A stretch of DNA of 58,058 nucleotides from a candidate division WOR-3 bacterium (lineage in GTDB: Bacteria > Hydrothermota > Tepidihabitantia > SM23-42 > CAYGYG01), in the NCBI GenBank assembly GCA_965648915.1, contig CBFGIV010000004.1, positions 1-58,058 of the forward strand, given 5' to 3'. Below, in pieces: positions 1 through 9,580 of this stretch. Numbering within the stretch: position 1 is the stretch's first letter; each line of letters begins with the position of its first letter. The translations under genes and the position numbers were made by a program. The notes below the pieces were generated by a model, which saw only the letters and a list, made by a program, of their open reading frames with translations, had not been told where the DNA came from and did not search any database.

Positions 1-1
1 G

Positions 2-148
2 GTTGATCAGAAAGTCAAGGCGGGTAAGTATACGGTGATCTGGGATGGGCTTGATGCTCAGGGTCGAAGGTTACCGGCTGGTGTCTACTTTACCCACATC
101 GAACTGGGCGATGTAAAGACGATAAAGAAGATAGTGCTCGTCAGATAA
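2..148 (+). CDS. 3' end of secreted protein with FlgD-Ig/T9SS type A-like C-terminal domain (partial, starts before window)
   Basis: Own translation: VDQKVKAGKYTVIWDGLDAQGRRLPAGVYFTHIELGDVKTIKKIVLVR*, matching the WdG.D..Gr.l..GvYf...KK motif. Confidence 0.85.
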   Translation, partial: VDQKVKAGKYTVIWDGLDAQGRRLPAGVYFTHIELGDVKTIKKIVLVR

Positions 149-168
149 AAGATGGGAGATCAACAGTT

Positions 169-200
169 ATGGGGGCACTTCTTAAGTGCCCCCATTTTAA
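169..200 (+). terminator. Rho-independent terminator
   Basis: ATGGGGGCACTT-ctt-AAGTGCCCCCAT 12-bp stem followed by T-rich tract, 20 nt after stop codon. Confidence 0.8.
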
Positions 201-236
201 TTTTAAGAGAGATAAACTATTCGTTCCTGAACTTAC

Positions 237-265
237 TTGACTTCTCTTGTTTTCTGGTATATAAT
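237..265 (+). promoter_or_regulatory. sigma70-type promoter, probably leaderless
   Basis: TTGACT-17nt-TATAAT, then 5 nt to ATG 271; no SD. Confidence 0.7.
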
Positions 266-270
266 CCCTT

Positions 271-846
271 ATGCCGCTACTTCTGAAACTCTTTGCAATT
301 AAGGCAATCGGAACAGTGATTGGTGGTTTTTTTCTCTTCTCCCGGGGAGGGCCGAACTTTGATCGGATAGTTGTTAAAACGGTCAAAGATACCATATTCG
401 TGGAGAGCACATTAAAGAACGGATTTAATGAAGGGCTTAACGAGATTATTATGAGCGGTTCAGAGGTTGTTATCAGTTACAGGATAAATTTTGTGGAAAG
501 AAATCAGAATAGTTCAGAGGAGATCCTGGTTTGCAAAGATGTTAACCAATCAATCAAATATCATCTGGTGAGTAATGAATTTTTTATCGTTAGGAATTAC
601 GACACCCTAAAAATTGTCGATTTTTCAAAGGCAAGGGATGAGGTGAGCAGGTTTGTAATCGGGCTGATTCCGATCAATCAAATATCTGAACAAAGCCGAT
701 ATTCAATCAGATTGAGTGCCACCCTTAATACAATCGAGATCGAGGCGTTGAATCGAGAGTCCTTTGACCTGAATGCTTTCTGGAATTTCAGATATCCTAA
801 GAAGTCTTTAGAGTGGTTAACAATTAATCAACTGATTGGCAAATGA
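271..846 (+). CDS. DUF4390-like exported protein
   Basis: N-terminal hydrophobic segment; size and position directly upstream of an NtrY-like kinase (4-nt overlap) as in DUF4390-ntrY-ntrX operons. Confidence 0.6.
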   Translation: MPLLLKLFAIKAIGTVIGGFFLFSRGGPNFDRIVVKTVKDTIFVESTLKNGFNEGLNEIIMSGSEVVISYRINFVERNQNSSEEILVCKDVNQSIKYHLVSNEFFIVRNYDTLKIVDFSKARDEVSRFVIGLIPINQISEQSRYSIRLSATLNTIEIEALNRESFDLNAFWNFRYPKKSLEWLTINQLIGK

Positions 847-2012
847 CCTTAAGGATAAAGGCAATACTGACCTTCGCCCTGATCTCCCTGATCTTTACTG
901 GAATTCTGGTTGGTTTTATGTTTTACCTGACCAAGACCTCTTTGAGTTACTGGGAGAATAGAGATATCGAGAAGGGTCTGGTGATTGGTGTGAATAATGC
1001 AAAGAGTCCGGTGGAACAGGCTCAGGCCGAGAAGGCTTTGAGAACCTACCGCCAATTGAAAGGGCTCAAGGGACTTTTCGAATGGCAGATTATCGGTTTT
1101 GCGCTGTTACTCGGTGTCTTTCTTTTCATAATATCAGTGATTATAAGCTCGATCGCACTCTTTCGTATAACCCGACCTCTCAATGAATTGACCACTGCCC
1201 TGGCCCGGGCAGGGGAAGGGGACCTGGATATAAGAATCGCTGCGCCCAAAAGCGAGATTGGTCAGGTGATAAATGCCTATAATAAGATGACGGTTCAATT
1301 GAAGAAGAGTCAGGAGGAGTTGAAGCGGGCAGTAAGGATTGCGGCCTGGCGCGATGTTGCCCGGGTCCTTGCCCATGAGGTACGTAATCCCCTGACTCCA
1401 ATCCGTCTGGCAATTGAACGACTGGTTGAGAAGCACAGAAATAGGGCAGGTGATTTTCCTCAGGTATTAGAAAAGAGTGCGAATATTATACTGAGTGAGA
1501 TTACAGCCCTTGAGCGCATTGTGAGAGAGTTTTCTAATTTTGCTCGCCTGCCAGCACCGGTGTTAAAACCGGTGAATATTAATCACCTGATTGAGGAAGT
1601 TGTTACCGGCTACGAGGGCTACGATAAGCGGATCAGGATTTACCGAGATTTTGATGATTCAATCGGTGATCTCCTCCTTGATGGAGAACTCTTCAAGCAG
1701 GTAATATCAAATTTGATAAAAAACTCTTTTGATGCCCTGAAGCGGGAAGATGGTGAGATCAGGCTCAAGACCCTCAAAAGTGAAGATATGGTTCGACTCG
1801 AATTTATTGATAATGGCGATGGGATTCAGCCCGATCTGATCGATAAAGTCTTTGAGCCATACTTCACAACCAAGGCCAGAGGCACGGGCCTGGGGCTGGC
1901 GGTGGTAAAGCATATAGTCAATGAGCATGGTGGAGATGTTGCACTTGAGAGTCAGGTCGGCAGGGGAACCAGGGTAATTGTGAACTTACCCTACAAAACC
2001 TTAAAGGCTTAA
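843..2012 (+). CDS. ntrY: NtrY-like HAMP sensor histidine kinase
   Basis: Two TM helices, HAMP, H-box AAWRDVARVLAHEVRNPLTPI, N-box NLIKNS, DNGDG, FEPYFTTK-GTGLGL. Confidence 0.8.
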   Translation: MTLRIKAILTFALISLIFTGILVGFMFYLTKTSLSYWENRDIEKGLVIGVNNAKSPVEQAQAEKALRTYRQLKGLKGLFEWQIIGFALLLGVFLFIISVIISSIALFRITRPLNELTTALARAGEGDLDIRIAAPKSEIGQVINAYNKMTVQLKKSQEELKRAVRIAAWRDVARVLAHEVRNPLTPIRLAIERLVEKHRNRAGDFPQVLEKSANIILSEITALERIVREFSNFARLPAPVLKPVNINHLIEEVVTGYEGYDKRIRIYRDFDDSIGDLLLDGELFKQVISNLIKNSFDALKREDGEIRLKTLKSEDMVRLEFIDNGDGIQPDLIDKVFEPYFTTKARGTGLGLAVVKHIVNEHGGDVALESQVGRGTRVIVNLPYKTLKA

Positions 2013-2023
2013 AAGAGGTGAAT

Positions 2024-3385
2024 ATGTCAAGGATTCTTGTTATCGACGATGAGGTAAATATCCGGAAGAGTCTTGAGGAGATTTTGCAGGATGAAGGTTA
2101 TGAGGTCATAACCGTAGCGAGCGGGGAAGAGGGGATTGAAATTATTAAAGATGAGCATGAGATATTTGATCTCGTTCTGCTCGATATCAAACTACCGGGC
2201 ATCGATGGGCTTGAAGTATTGAAGAGAATAAAGGAAAAGAGCCCCGCGGTTGAGGTTGTGATGATCTCCGGCCATGGGACAATTGAGTCAGCAGTTGAGG
2301 CGATGAAGATGGGGGCCTATGATTTTCTTGAGAAGCCTTTGAGTATGAAACGGGTACTGATCACAGTTGAACATGCCTTAGAGAAGAGCCGTTTGGGCCG
2401 GGAACGGGAAAGGTGGCTGGAACAGGAAGATCGTCGTTATCAGATGATCGGAGTTTCACCACCGATTAAAAAGATCTGGGAAGATATCAAGCATGTTGCA
2501 CCAACCAATGCCCGGGTCCTGATTGTTGGGGAGAGCGGGACTGGGAAGGAACTCGTTGCTTACTGGGTTCACCGTTTGAGTAATCGGCGGGATAAACCAA
2601 TGGTGAAGGTCAACTGTGCTGCAATCCCCAGGGAACTTATCGAAAGTGAACTTTTTGGTTATGAAAAAGGTGCTTTTACCGGTGCGGTTGGTCGCAAAAT
2701 CGGGAAGTTCGAACTCGCTGATAAGTCAACAATTTTTTTAGATGAAATTGGTGATATGGATCAGCATACCCAGGCAAAGGTTTTGAGAGTCCTCGAAGAT
2801 GGTGAGTTTCAGCGGATTGGTGGATTGAGTACGATCAAAGTCGATGTCCGGATAATTACCGCAACCAATAAGGTTCTTACTGAAGAGATAAAGAAGGGTT
2901 CTTTCCGAGCCGACCTCTATCACCGGATAAATGTATTCCAGATCTATATTCCACCTTTGCGCGAGCGGCGGAGCGATATACCATTGCTCGCCCAGAATTT
3001 TCTTAAAAACTATTGCCTTGAGAATGGAATGAAGCCTAAGGTATTAACCAAGGAAGCTGAAGCGTATCTAACAACACTGAACTATCCGGGAAATGTTCGG
3101 GAATTAAAGAATTTAGTGGAAAGGGCAGTGATCTCTTCCCGGAGTGATGTAATTAAAGAAGAGGACCTGAAGATCGCTTCAATTATGTCTTCAGAACCTG
3201 ATCAGGAGATATTCGCCCGGACCATGCCGCTAACCGAGGCAAAACGCGAACTTGAGAAGAGATTTATCGAGGCTCAACTTGCCCTTAACGGTTGGAATAT
3301 CACCAGGACGGCTGAGAAGCTCGGAGTTAAAAGATCAAACCTTTCGCGCCGAATAAAACAACTCGGTATTAAGGGAAAGGATTAG
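2024..3385 (+). CDS. ntrX: NtrX-like sigma54-dependent response regulator (REC-AAA+-Fis HTH)
   Basis: ILVIDDE/LLDIKLP receiver, GESGTGKE, intact GAFTGA, FLDEIGD, C-terminal HTH; SD AAGAGG before ATG 2024 (GTG 2018 alternative). Confidence 0.85.
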   Translation: MSRILVIDDEVNIRKSLEEILQDEGYEVITVASGEEGIEIIKDEHEIFDLVLLDIKLPGIDGLEVLKRIKEKSPAVEVVMISGHGTIESAVEAMKMGAYDFLEKPLSMKRVLITVEHALEKSRLGRERERWLEQEDRRYQMIGVSPPIKKIWEDIKHVAPTNARVLIVGESGTGKELVAYWVHRLSNRRDKPMVKVNCAAIPRELIESELFGYEKGAFTGAVGRKIGKFELADKSTIFLDEIGDMDQHTQAKVLRVLEDGEFQRIGGLSTIKVDVRIITATNKVLTEEIKKGSFRADLYHRINVFQIYIPPLRERRSDIPLLAQNFLKNYCLENGMKPKVLTKEAEAYLTTLNYPGNVRELKNLVERAVISSRSDVIKEEDLKIASIMSSEPDQEIFARTMPLTEAKRELEKRFIEAQLALNGWNITRTAEKLGVKRSNLSRRIKQLGIKGKD

Positions 3386-3408
3386 GTTATTAAACTTGAT
3401 GCCTAAAC

Positions 3409-3426
3409 CGTATCAAAAAATATACG
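3409..3426. promoter_or_regulatory. Candidate enhancer (UAS) palindrome for a sigma54 activator
   Basis: CGTAT-caaaaaat-ATACG dyad about 50 bp upstream of the -24 element. Confidence 0.4.
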
Positions 3427-3475
3427 AAGAGAGTGTTCTTATTATTAAAAACTATGGAATTTTAAGTCTTTTGAC

Positions 3476-3492
3476 CGGGCACGGGATTTGCA
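3476..3492 (+). promoter_or_regulatory. sigma54 (-24/-12) promoter
   Basis: CGGGCACG-ggat-TTGCA versus consensus YTGGCACG-N4-TTGCW, correct GG-N10-GC spacing, intergenic, before the SD of the next gene. Confidence 0.75.
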
Positions 3493-3517
3493 TATTTTGA
3501 TAGTGAAAGGAGAAGAG

Positions 3518-4288
3518 ATGAAAATGCTAAACCGCTTCATTATCTTTACATTTACCATACTCATCACATTGACCCTGTTCGGGTGTCCGAAAGTTACCAC
3601 AACCAAGGATATCGCGGATGAGGCGCTTGCGATCCTTAAATCTCTGCGCGGTGCTGCAGGTCAGGCCTCAACCACAAAAGGCGAACGATCCTATTTTGCT
3701 TCGTTTAAGGTCGACTCTTTCTATATCGATGAGACCAAGAATGGTGTTAAGACAATTGGCTGGATATACTGGGATGATAACAATACTCCGGCCGATTCTT
3801 CGGACGATATCTTCTCTTTCCGCGGACAGCACATCTACCTCGATTGGAACATTACCGAGAATTGTTTTATGAAGGTATATGTGGATACCTTTGACCGGCG
3901 TCTTGAGATGTCGATAAAGAATCTGAATACGGCCGAGACACTCTATGTCAATTTTGGAAAAGTAACAAGACCGGGTGGCAGGCAGACCGGACCGGGGATT
4001 TATGCGAATAGTACCGATACGATTCCCGTAACGATGGGAATTCATCACGCCAATACCGCCAATAACTGGGACGATAATTTTACATCACTCGAATTTTTCC
4101 TCTATGACGAGTCCACTGACCCACCTCATCCTTACTGGGTTTATGCTGATTTTAAACCTGATCATTCGGGCTCGGGCGAAATCCATGATACGGATAGTAA
4201 TGGCGAACTGGTTGCCACTTTTGAATGGGATATGTTTGGAAGGGGTACCCTTGTTGTTGGTGGCGATATCTATCCATTCAAGTGGTAG
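3518..4288 (+). CDS. Hypothetical lipoprotein (beta-rich)
   Basis: SD AAAGGAG, signal peptide with lipobox LFGC; DxNxT motifs; no family recognised. Confidence 0.7.
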   Translation: MKMLNRFIIFTFTILITLTLFGCPKVTTTKDIADEALAILKSLRGAAGQASTTKGERSYFASFKVDSFYIDETKNGVKTIGWIYWDDNNTPADSSDDIFSFRGQHIYLDWNITENCFMKVYVDTFDRRLEMSIKNLNTAETLYVNFGKVTRPGGRQTGPGIYANSTDTIPVTMGIHHANTANNWDDNFTSLEFFLYDESTDPPHPYWVYADFKPDHSGSGEIHDTDSNGELVATFEWDMFGRGTLVVGGDIYPFKW

Positions 4289-4294
4289 ATTCAA

Positions 4295-4327
4295 TTTAAG
4301 GGGGTGGCCTTCTGGCCGCCCCTTAAA
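4295..4327. terminator. Intergenic stem-loop (terminator or mRNA stabiliser)
   Basis: TTTAAGGGGGTGGCC-ttct-GGCCGCCCCTTAAA; no U-tract on + strand. Confidence 0.5.
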
Positions 4328-4347
4328 GAAAAAGAAAAGGAGTTAAT

Positions 4348-4860
4348 ATGAAAAAGATTCTATTAATGTTTTTATGTATAATGTTCAGTTCGATTCTCTG
4401 GGCAGAAAGTGACTCGACCCGGACCGAAGTCCTGAATACACCTGTGGTAAGAGAAAAGATCAGGGTTAAAAGAGAGATTGTGATACCCAAGGACCCTTTT
4501 CTTGCCAGTCTGCTTTCAGCCCAGATGCCCGGTGTTGGACAGATGTATTCGGGGAAATGGTTAAAAGGATGTCTGTTTCTGGTCGGGACGGTTGGTTGTT
4601 ATATAATAGCCAATTCATACAGTGAAAGGGCCACTGACCCATTAGCAACTGATGAGACAATGCAGAAGTACGAAAGGTTATCCGGTGTGTTTCTTATCAC
4701 CGGACTCGGACTTCATATCTTTAACATAATTGATGCCCATAAGACCGCCAAACGTCATAATATCGAGATGCTCGAGGGCAGATCCGATCTGAATAAGTGG
4801 GATCTGGGCATAGGGATTGGTGTCGATAAAGCATCGCTGACCATAGTAAAGAGGATTTAA
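4348..4860 (+). CDS. DUF5683-like membrane/exported protein
   Basis: Signal peptide; K-D-P..ASLLS...PGVGQMY.GKW.KG motif and two hydrophobic segments. Confidence 0.65.
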   Translation: MKKILLMFLCIMFSSILWAESDSTRTEVLNTPVVREKIRVKREIVIPKDPFLASLLSAQMPGVGQMYSGKWLKGCLFLVGTVGCYIIANSYSERATDPLATDETMQKYERLSGVFLITGLGLHIFNIIDAHKTAKRHNIEMLEGRSDLNKWDLGIGIGVDKASLTIVKRI

Positions 4861-4862
4861 AT

Positions 4863-4897
4863 ACTTTACATTTCTTACCCGGTAAAAAATGTAAAGT
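4863..4897. terminator. Inverted repeat after the DUF5683-like gene
   Basis: ACTTTACATTT ... AAATGTAAAGT 11-bp arms. Confidence 0.4.
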
Positions 4898-4909
4898 GTT
4901 ATAGAAAGG

Positions 4910-6811
4910 ATGGGATATATGTTTATATTTTTCTTGATTCTTTTCAATTTTAATTCTCAATCGAATTATGAGCCATCTCTCTATATGAATAAAAAGTTTA
5001 ATCAACATAGCGGGTTCAGCCTGGAAGATTTAAATGTATCTTTCGGAGCCGACCTGATTGTTGGTTATCCTGATTCGAATGAGATTAGAGTGATCAAGGG
5101 GAGTTACTATCTTGATGGCCGAATCATCATTGTTAATAATGGAACTCTTATCCTTGACACGAGTAATTTTACACATCGGGGTAATCTTTATATCTTTAAT
5201 AATGGCAAGATGATTGTGCGGGGTGGCAATTATAATGTCCCTCAGGATTATGCCTATCAATATGGTGGTATGCTTTTGCATAATGGTGAGTTAAATCTTC
5301 AGAACTGTACGATCTCCTTCAATGGACAGTCCTGGTCAATCGGTCTCATCGACAGTTCCCGTTTTAATATCCGGGATGTCGTATTGAATAATGGTTTTAT
5401 AACGACTGCCCTGTTGAGTCGTTCAAGGGTGAATGTATACAACATAAATATTGCGGGTGAATATATTGTTTCGGATAATTGTTTTGCCCGATTCAATAAG
5501 GTCGGTTTTGTTTTGCTCTGGTTAAACTTTCCGGACTCAAGCCGGGTTGATCTGCACCTGCCTAAATCCGACTCCAGTTATTTACAACATTATGAAATCA
5601 GGCCGGGTTCACCTGGTGTGCAGGGTATAAAATGGACGATGATTGTTGACAGTTCCAGTAATGTTAACTGGGGGAGTTTCCCCCTTAAAGGTTCGGATGT
5701 AAAGATCCGTGATTCACGATTGAGAGCGACCGGTCTGATTATCCAGAATAGAGGAAACTATGAAATTAATGGACTGGTGAATAACTCAATTTATTATAAC
5801 TGGACACTACCACTCAGTGATCGCAGGTTCTGGCTGGATAGCGTGAAGATATTTACCTGGAACATCTATGCTTATGATTCGATCAACTTGAATATAAAAA
5901 ACTCGGTCTTTGGCGAAGCAATTGCCTGGGGTGAGCCTGAAGTTTTTATCGAGAACTCGATCTGTGATGGAACCGGTGGTTATATTGGCACTTTCGATTC
6001 GAGTCAGGTAATCATCTATCGATCAACGATCAATACCCAGACCATCTCCGGTGTCCATTCCCTTTTGATTGGAGTAGAGTCGAATTTCCGAGTTGGTGAG
6101 ATTAATGCTACCGGTAGATCGCTCATTGCTCTTATTAATTCATTCTACGATATAAGGCCAATTGCCAACGATACCTCATTTATCTATCTGGGGCTTGTCA
6201 ATCCGCCACCCAATCCCACTGTTAACAGGATTATCCCGGTGACGGGAACCGCCAGTTGCCTTTATGGTCCTTACAATCCAGTCCGCTTTCACTATTATCG
6301 ACTCCTTTACGGTCCAGGGCAGAATCCCAGTCAATGGTTTCAGATCGGAACAATCCATTACACACCAATTGAAAATGATACCCTTGAGCGATGGAATACC
6401 TTTGGTCTGACGGTTGGCTGGTACACATTGAGACTCATTGTCCGCAATACGAATGGTGATACGCTCGATGTCTATCGGGCAGTCTACCTGAATCCCGCCG
6501 GTATTGAAGAGAGAACTGATTCTGCACCTTTCTCTTTTATGATAAGTTCTGCTAACCCGAGCCGGAGGGAATTTGCCATACACTATTCTTTAGATAGGGA
6601 TCTGAATATACAAATTGGAATCTTTGATGTTTCTGGTCGCAAGATAAAAACTCTTGTCGATGGTAAACAGCGTGCCGGTCAATACCGCCTTGTCTGGAGG
6701 GGCGAAGATGACCTTGGGCGTCAATTGCCGGCCGGGGTTTATTACTGCCGATTCAAAGAAGGGAATCGCGAGACAAGGAAAAAACTTATCCTTTTGAAGC
6801 AGAATTTATAA
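4910..6811 (+). CDS. Secreted protein: beta-helix-like N-terminus, Ig-like domain, FlgD-Ig/T9SS-like CTD
   Basis: Signal peptide, Asn/Ile/Gly-rich repeats, GIEE linker, NP...IFDVSGRKIKTL...WRGEDDLGRQLPAGVYY...KKLILLK. Confidence 0.75.
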   Translation: MGYMFIFFLILFNFNSQSNYEPSLYMNKKFNQHSGFSLEDLNVSFGADLIVGYPDSNEIRVIKGSYYLDGRIIIVNNGTLILDTSNFTHRGNLYIFNNGKMIVRGGNYNVPQDYAYQYGGMLLHNGELNLQNCTISFNGQSWSIGLIDSSRFNIRDVVLNNGFITTALLSRSRVNVYNINIAGEYIVSDNCFARFNKVGFVLLWLNFPDSSRVDLHLPKSDSSYLQHYEIRPGSPGVQGIKWTMIVDSSSNVNWGSFPLKGSDVKIRDSRLRATGLIIQNRGNYEINGLVNNSIYYNWTLPLSDRRFWLDSVKIFTWNIYAYDSINLNIKNSVFGEAIAWGEPEVFIENSICDGTGGYIGTFDSSQVIIYRSTINTQTISGVHSLLIGVESNFRVGEINATGRSLIALINSFYDIRPIANDTSFIYLGLVNPPPNPTVNRIIPVTGTASCLYGPYNPVRFHYYRLLYGPGQNPSQWFQIGTIHYTPIENDTLERWNTFGLTVGWYTLRLIVRNTNGDTLDVYRAVYLNPAGIEERTDSAPFSFMISSANPSRREFAIHYSLDRDLNIQIGIFDVSGRKIKTLVDGKQRAGQYRLVWRGEDDLGRQLPAGVYYCRFKEGNRETRKKLILLKQNL

Positions 6812-6859
6812 ATATTACTCTTTATTGAATAACTGAGGGATAGAGTTTAAATTTTTCGA

Positions 6860-8212
6860 CTATGGCGGTGTGAATATTATATTCCTCAACACCAGGGCGA
6901 TACCAAAGTAGATTAAAAGGGTGGTGGAATCGAGGATGGTGGTGATCAAGGGGCCGGACATCAGCGCCGGGTCAAGCCCTAACTTCTGAAAGATAAAAGG
7001 AAGCAAGCCACCCAGCACAGTAGCAATAATTATGACCGACGCCATTGCCAGACCGACAATCAGTCCGAGGACCGGATCCCTTTGAATAAGATGGGCACGG
7101 ATCGAGATTATGACACCGAGGGCGATGCCCAGCAATAACCCGGTCAACAGTTCTTTCCAGACTACATACCAGATGTCGCTGATTTTGATCTCACCGATCG
7201 CCAGACCACGGATTACCACAGTTGCGGCTTGGGTCCCTGCATTACCACCCGAGTCCATCAGAGTTGGAATAAAGAAGAGCAGGGTGGACATACTTTGAAT
7301 GAGAAAGGTAAATCTCTCCATAACAAAGCCGGAAATGAAACCGGAAAGTGCAAGAATCATAAGCCAGAAAAATCTTTTCCGGGCAACAGTAAAGGGATGG
7401 GTGTGCAGATACTCTTCGATCCGGCCTGATGCACCAAACCGCTGCATATCCTCAGTATGTTCTTCCTGAACAACATCGAGGACATCGTCGGCGGTAATGA
7501 TTCCTTTTATCCTGCCCAGACGATCGACTACCGGTAGTGACGGTCGGTCGTATTTAGAAAATAATTTGGCAACCTCTTCCTGATCCATCTCCAGCGGGAC
7601 CGTGACCAGAGAGGTATTCATAACATCTTTAATTCTTTTACGGGGGTCGGTAGCAATCAAATCCTTAAGCGAGATCGACCCTTTGAGTCGGCCGAAACGG
7701 TCGACCACATAGACATAATGGACAAACTCCAGATCCCGGGCGGCCTTTCTTATCTCATTTAAGACTTTGTTTACACGATGTCCTGAATAGACCTTGATAA
7801 AGTCAACCGTCATCAGCCCGCCCGCCGTGTTTCCTTTGTATGCCATCAGTTCTTTTGCCTGCTGGGACTCATCACTGCGCAGGAGCGTGATAATTTTTTT
7901 AACTTCGATCGCGGGCAGTCTTTCGAAGAGATCGGCACGGTCATCCGGCGACATCTCATTCAATACTGCAATTTTACGCACCGGGTCCATCAGTCTTAAA
8001 AGTTTAATCATTTCTCTGGTTTTTAAGTGTTCGAAGACATCGGCAGCAAATTTTGGTTCGAGGAGATTGAAGATCCCCTTTGCCTCTTCATCAGACAAGA
8101 AGCGCCAGGCTTCAGCAATATCGGCCGGTTCGAAATAGGTCAGGACTTCTTTAATCTGATCATACTCTTTTGCCGCGAAGCATTCTTTGATTTCGGGAAT
8201 GATGAGTCGCAA
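6860..8212 (-). CDS. mgtE: Magnesium transporter MgtE
   Basis: MgtE_N (PADIAE, PDDRADL), CBS pair (TAGGLM), GGNAGTQA, DPALMSGPLITTILD; TTG start with GGAG SD. Confidence 0.95.
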   Translation of the reverse strand: MRLIIPEIKECFAAKEYDQIKEVLTYFEPADIAEAWRFLSDEEAKGIFNLLEPKFAADVFEHLKTREMIKLLRLMDPVRKIAVLNEMSPDDRADLFERLPAIEVKKIITLLRSDESQQAKELMAYKGNTAGGLMTVDFIKVYSGHRVNKVLNEIRKAARDLEFVHYVYVVDRFGRLKGSISLKDLIATDPRKRIKDVMNTSLVTVPLEMDQEEVAKLFSKYDRPSLPVVDRLGRIKGIITADDVLDVVQEEHTEDMQRFGASGRIEEYLHTHPFTVARKRFFWLMILALSGFISGFVMERFTFLIQSMSTLLFFIPTLMDSGGNAGTQAATVVIRGLAIGEIKISDIWYVVWKELLTGLLLGIALGVIISIRAHLIQRDPVLGLIVGLAMASVIIIATVLGGLLPFIFQKLGLDPALMSGPLITTILDSTTLLIYFGIALVLRNIIFTPP

Positions 8213-8226
8213 TTTATCTCCAGTAT

Positions 8227-9447
8227 CTATTCAGAGTTATTAGATCTTTCGTTGTATTCAATCTCTTCAGACAGGGGAGTTTCGATAATGTTCTGCCCTT
8301 CACGCAATTGGTCGATTTTCTTGAGAGGCTTTTCCAGTTGATGGGTGATGGTTGTTGTCAGGCTGATATATTCCTTTTGTGCTTCTTCAATCTTTTTCCC
8401 CATCTTCTCCAGTGACTCCTTAAATCGGTTCCACTGTTTATAAAAGTTACCAAAAAGGACAAGCATCTCGGCGGCACGCTTTTCTAAGTGGAAATTATCA
8501 ATCGCCTGTCTGATTATTGCGAGAATTGCATAGAGGGTGATGGGTGAGCAGAGAATGACTTTGTTCCGCAGGGCCTCATCCAGTATCGAACTGTCACATT
8601 CGTTAATAAAGGTGTAGACCTGTTCATTGGGAATAAAGACCAGGACATAATCGACTGTATTCTGTTCGGGATTGATGTAATCCCGGCCGGTTACCTCTTT
8701 AATTCGATCTTTGACATCTTTTAAAAATCTTTTTTTGAAATTCTCACGGTCCGATTCTGTCTGGGCTTCAAGGTAGTTCATATAATTGTCGAGCGGGAAT
8801 TTTACATCCATATTAACCCTGAGGTTCTTGGGTAATAGAAAAGTATAGTCAGGTTTGGTTCCGATATTTTCAAGTCTCTTCTGCTTCAGGTAGTTAATCC
8901 CCTCAATGAAACCAGCAAATCTTAAAACATCCTCGGCCATTCTTTCGCCCCACTGACCCCGGGCTTCCCGACGGGCCAGTGCTGTCTTCAATTGGCTCGT
9001 TGTGATCTGTAATTTCTCGGTCTGTTCGACTGCGAACCTCAATTGATTGACCAATTGACCGAACTGAAGTTTCCGGTCCTTATCAAATTCGGTAACAACA
9101 TTCTGGAGTCGCTGCAGATCGCTTTTCATTGTTTCAAGCGTTTTGTCGATGAGCTGGCGTTTTTCTTCCAGTTCTTTCACGCTCGACTGGGTCTGGCGGG
9201 AAAGGGTCTCATTGGCAAGTTTCAGAAACTGATCGGTATTACGAGATAGCGCCTCCAGAGATAGGGAACCAAAAGATTCTTTGATCCGATTGATAATCAG
9301 CTCCAGCTCCTGGTTTTTCTTCTCTTCCGCCTGAGCAATAATCTGTTGAGCAATCTTATGGGCATCCTGTTTTTTGAAATAGAATATAAAATAGACAATT
9401 AACCCACCAATGATTAAACCCAAGATAAAAAATCCTAAATAAAACAT
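8227..9447 (-). CDS. rmuC: DNA recombination protein RmuC
   Basis: N-terminal TM, coiled coil, RGQWGE, PD...DVKFPL, FIPNE, SPITL. Confidence 0.93.
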   Translation of the reverse strand: MFYLGFFILGLIIGGLIVYFIFYFKKQDAHKIAQQIIAQAEEKKNQELELIINRIKESFGSLSLEALSRNTDQFLKLANETLSRQTQSSVKELEEKRQLIDKTLETMKSDLQRLQNVVTEFDKDRKLQFGQLVNQLRFAVEQTEKLQITTSQLKTALARREARGQWGERMAEDVLRFAGFIEGINYLKQKRLENIGTKPDYTFLLPKNLRVNMDVKFPLDNYMNYLEAQTESDRENFKKRFLKDVKDRIKEVTGRDYINPEQNTVDYVLVFIPNEQVYTFINECDSSILDEALRNKVILCSPITLYAILAIIRQAIDNFHLEKRAAEMLVLFGNFYKQWNRFKESLEKMGKKIEEAQKEYISLTTTITHQLEKPLKKIDQLREGQNIIETPLSEEIEYNERSNNSE

Positions 9448-9484
9448 TAATTAACCTCCAGAAGTTTACCGGGTCTGAACATAT

Positions 9485-9514
9485 AATTCTATACAGAAAT
9501 TATATAACTGTCAA
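9485..9514 (-). promoter_or_regulatory. sigma70-type promoter of rmuC-mgtE
   Basis: TTGACA-17nt-TAGAAT on minus strand; leader contains GGAGG. Confidence 0.6.
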
Positions 9515-9546
9515 GAATGATGGTTGCAAAATTCCTGATTAGCCAG

Positions 9547-9575
9547 TTGACAGATGATAATTTCTTATATATCAT
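9547..9575 (+). promoter_or_regulatory. sigma70-type promoter, probably leaderless
   Basis: TTGACA-17nt-TATCAT, 5 nt before ATG 9581. Confidence 0.6.
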
Positions 9576-9580
9576 CCTGT

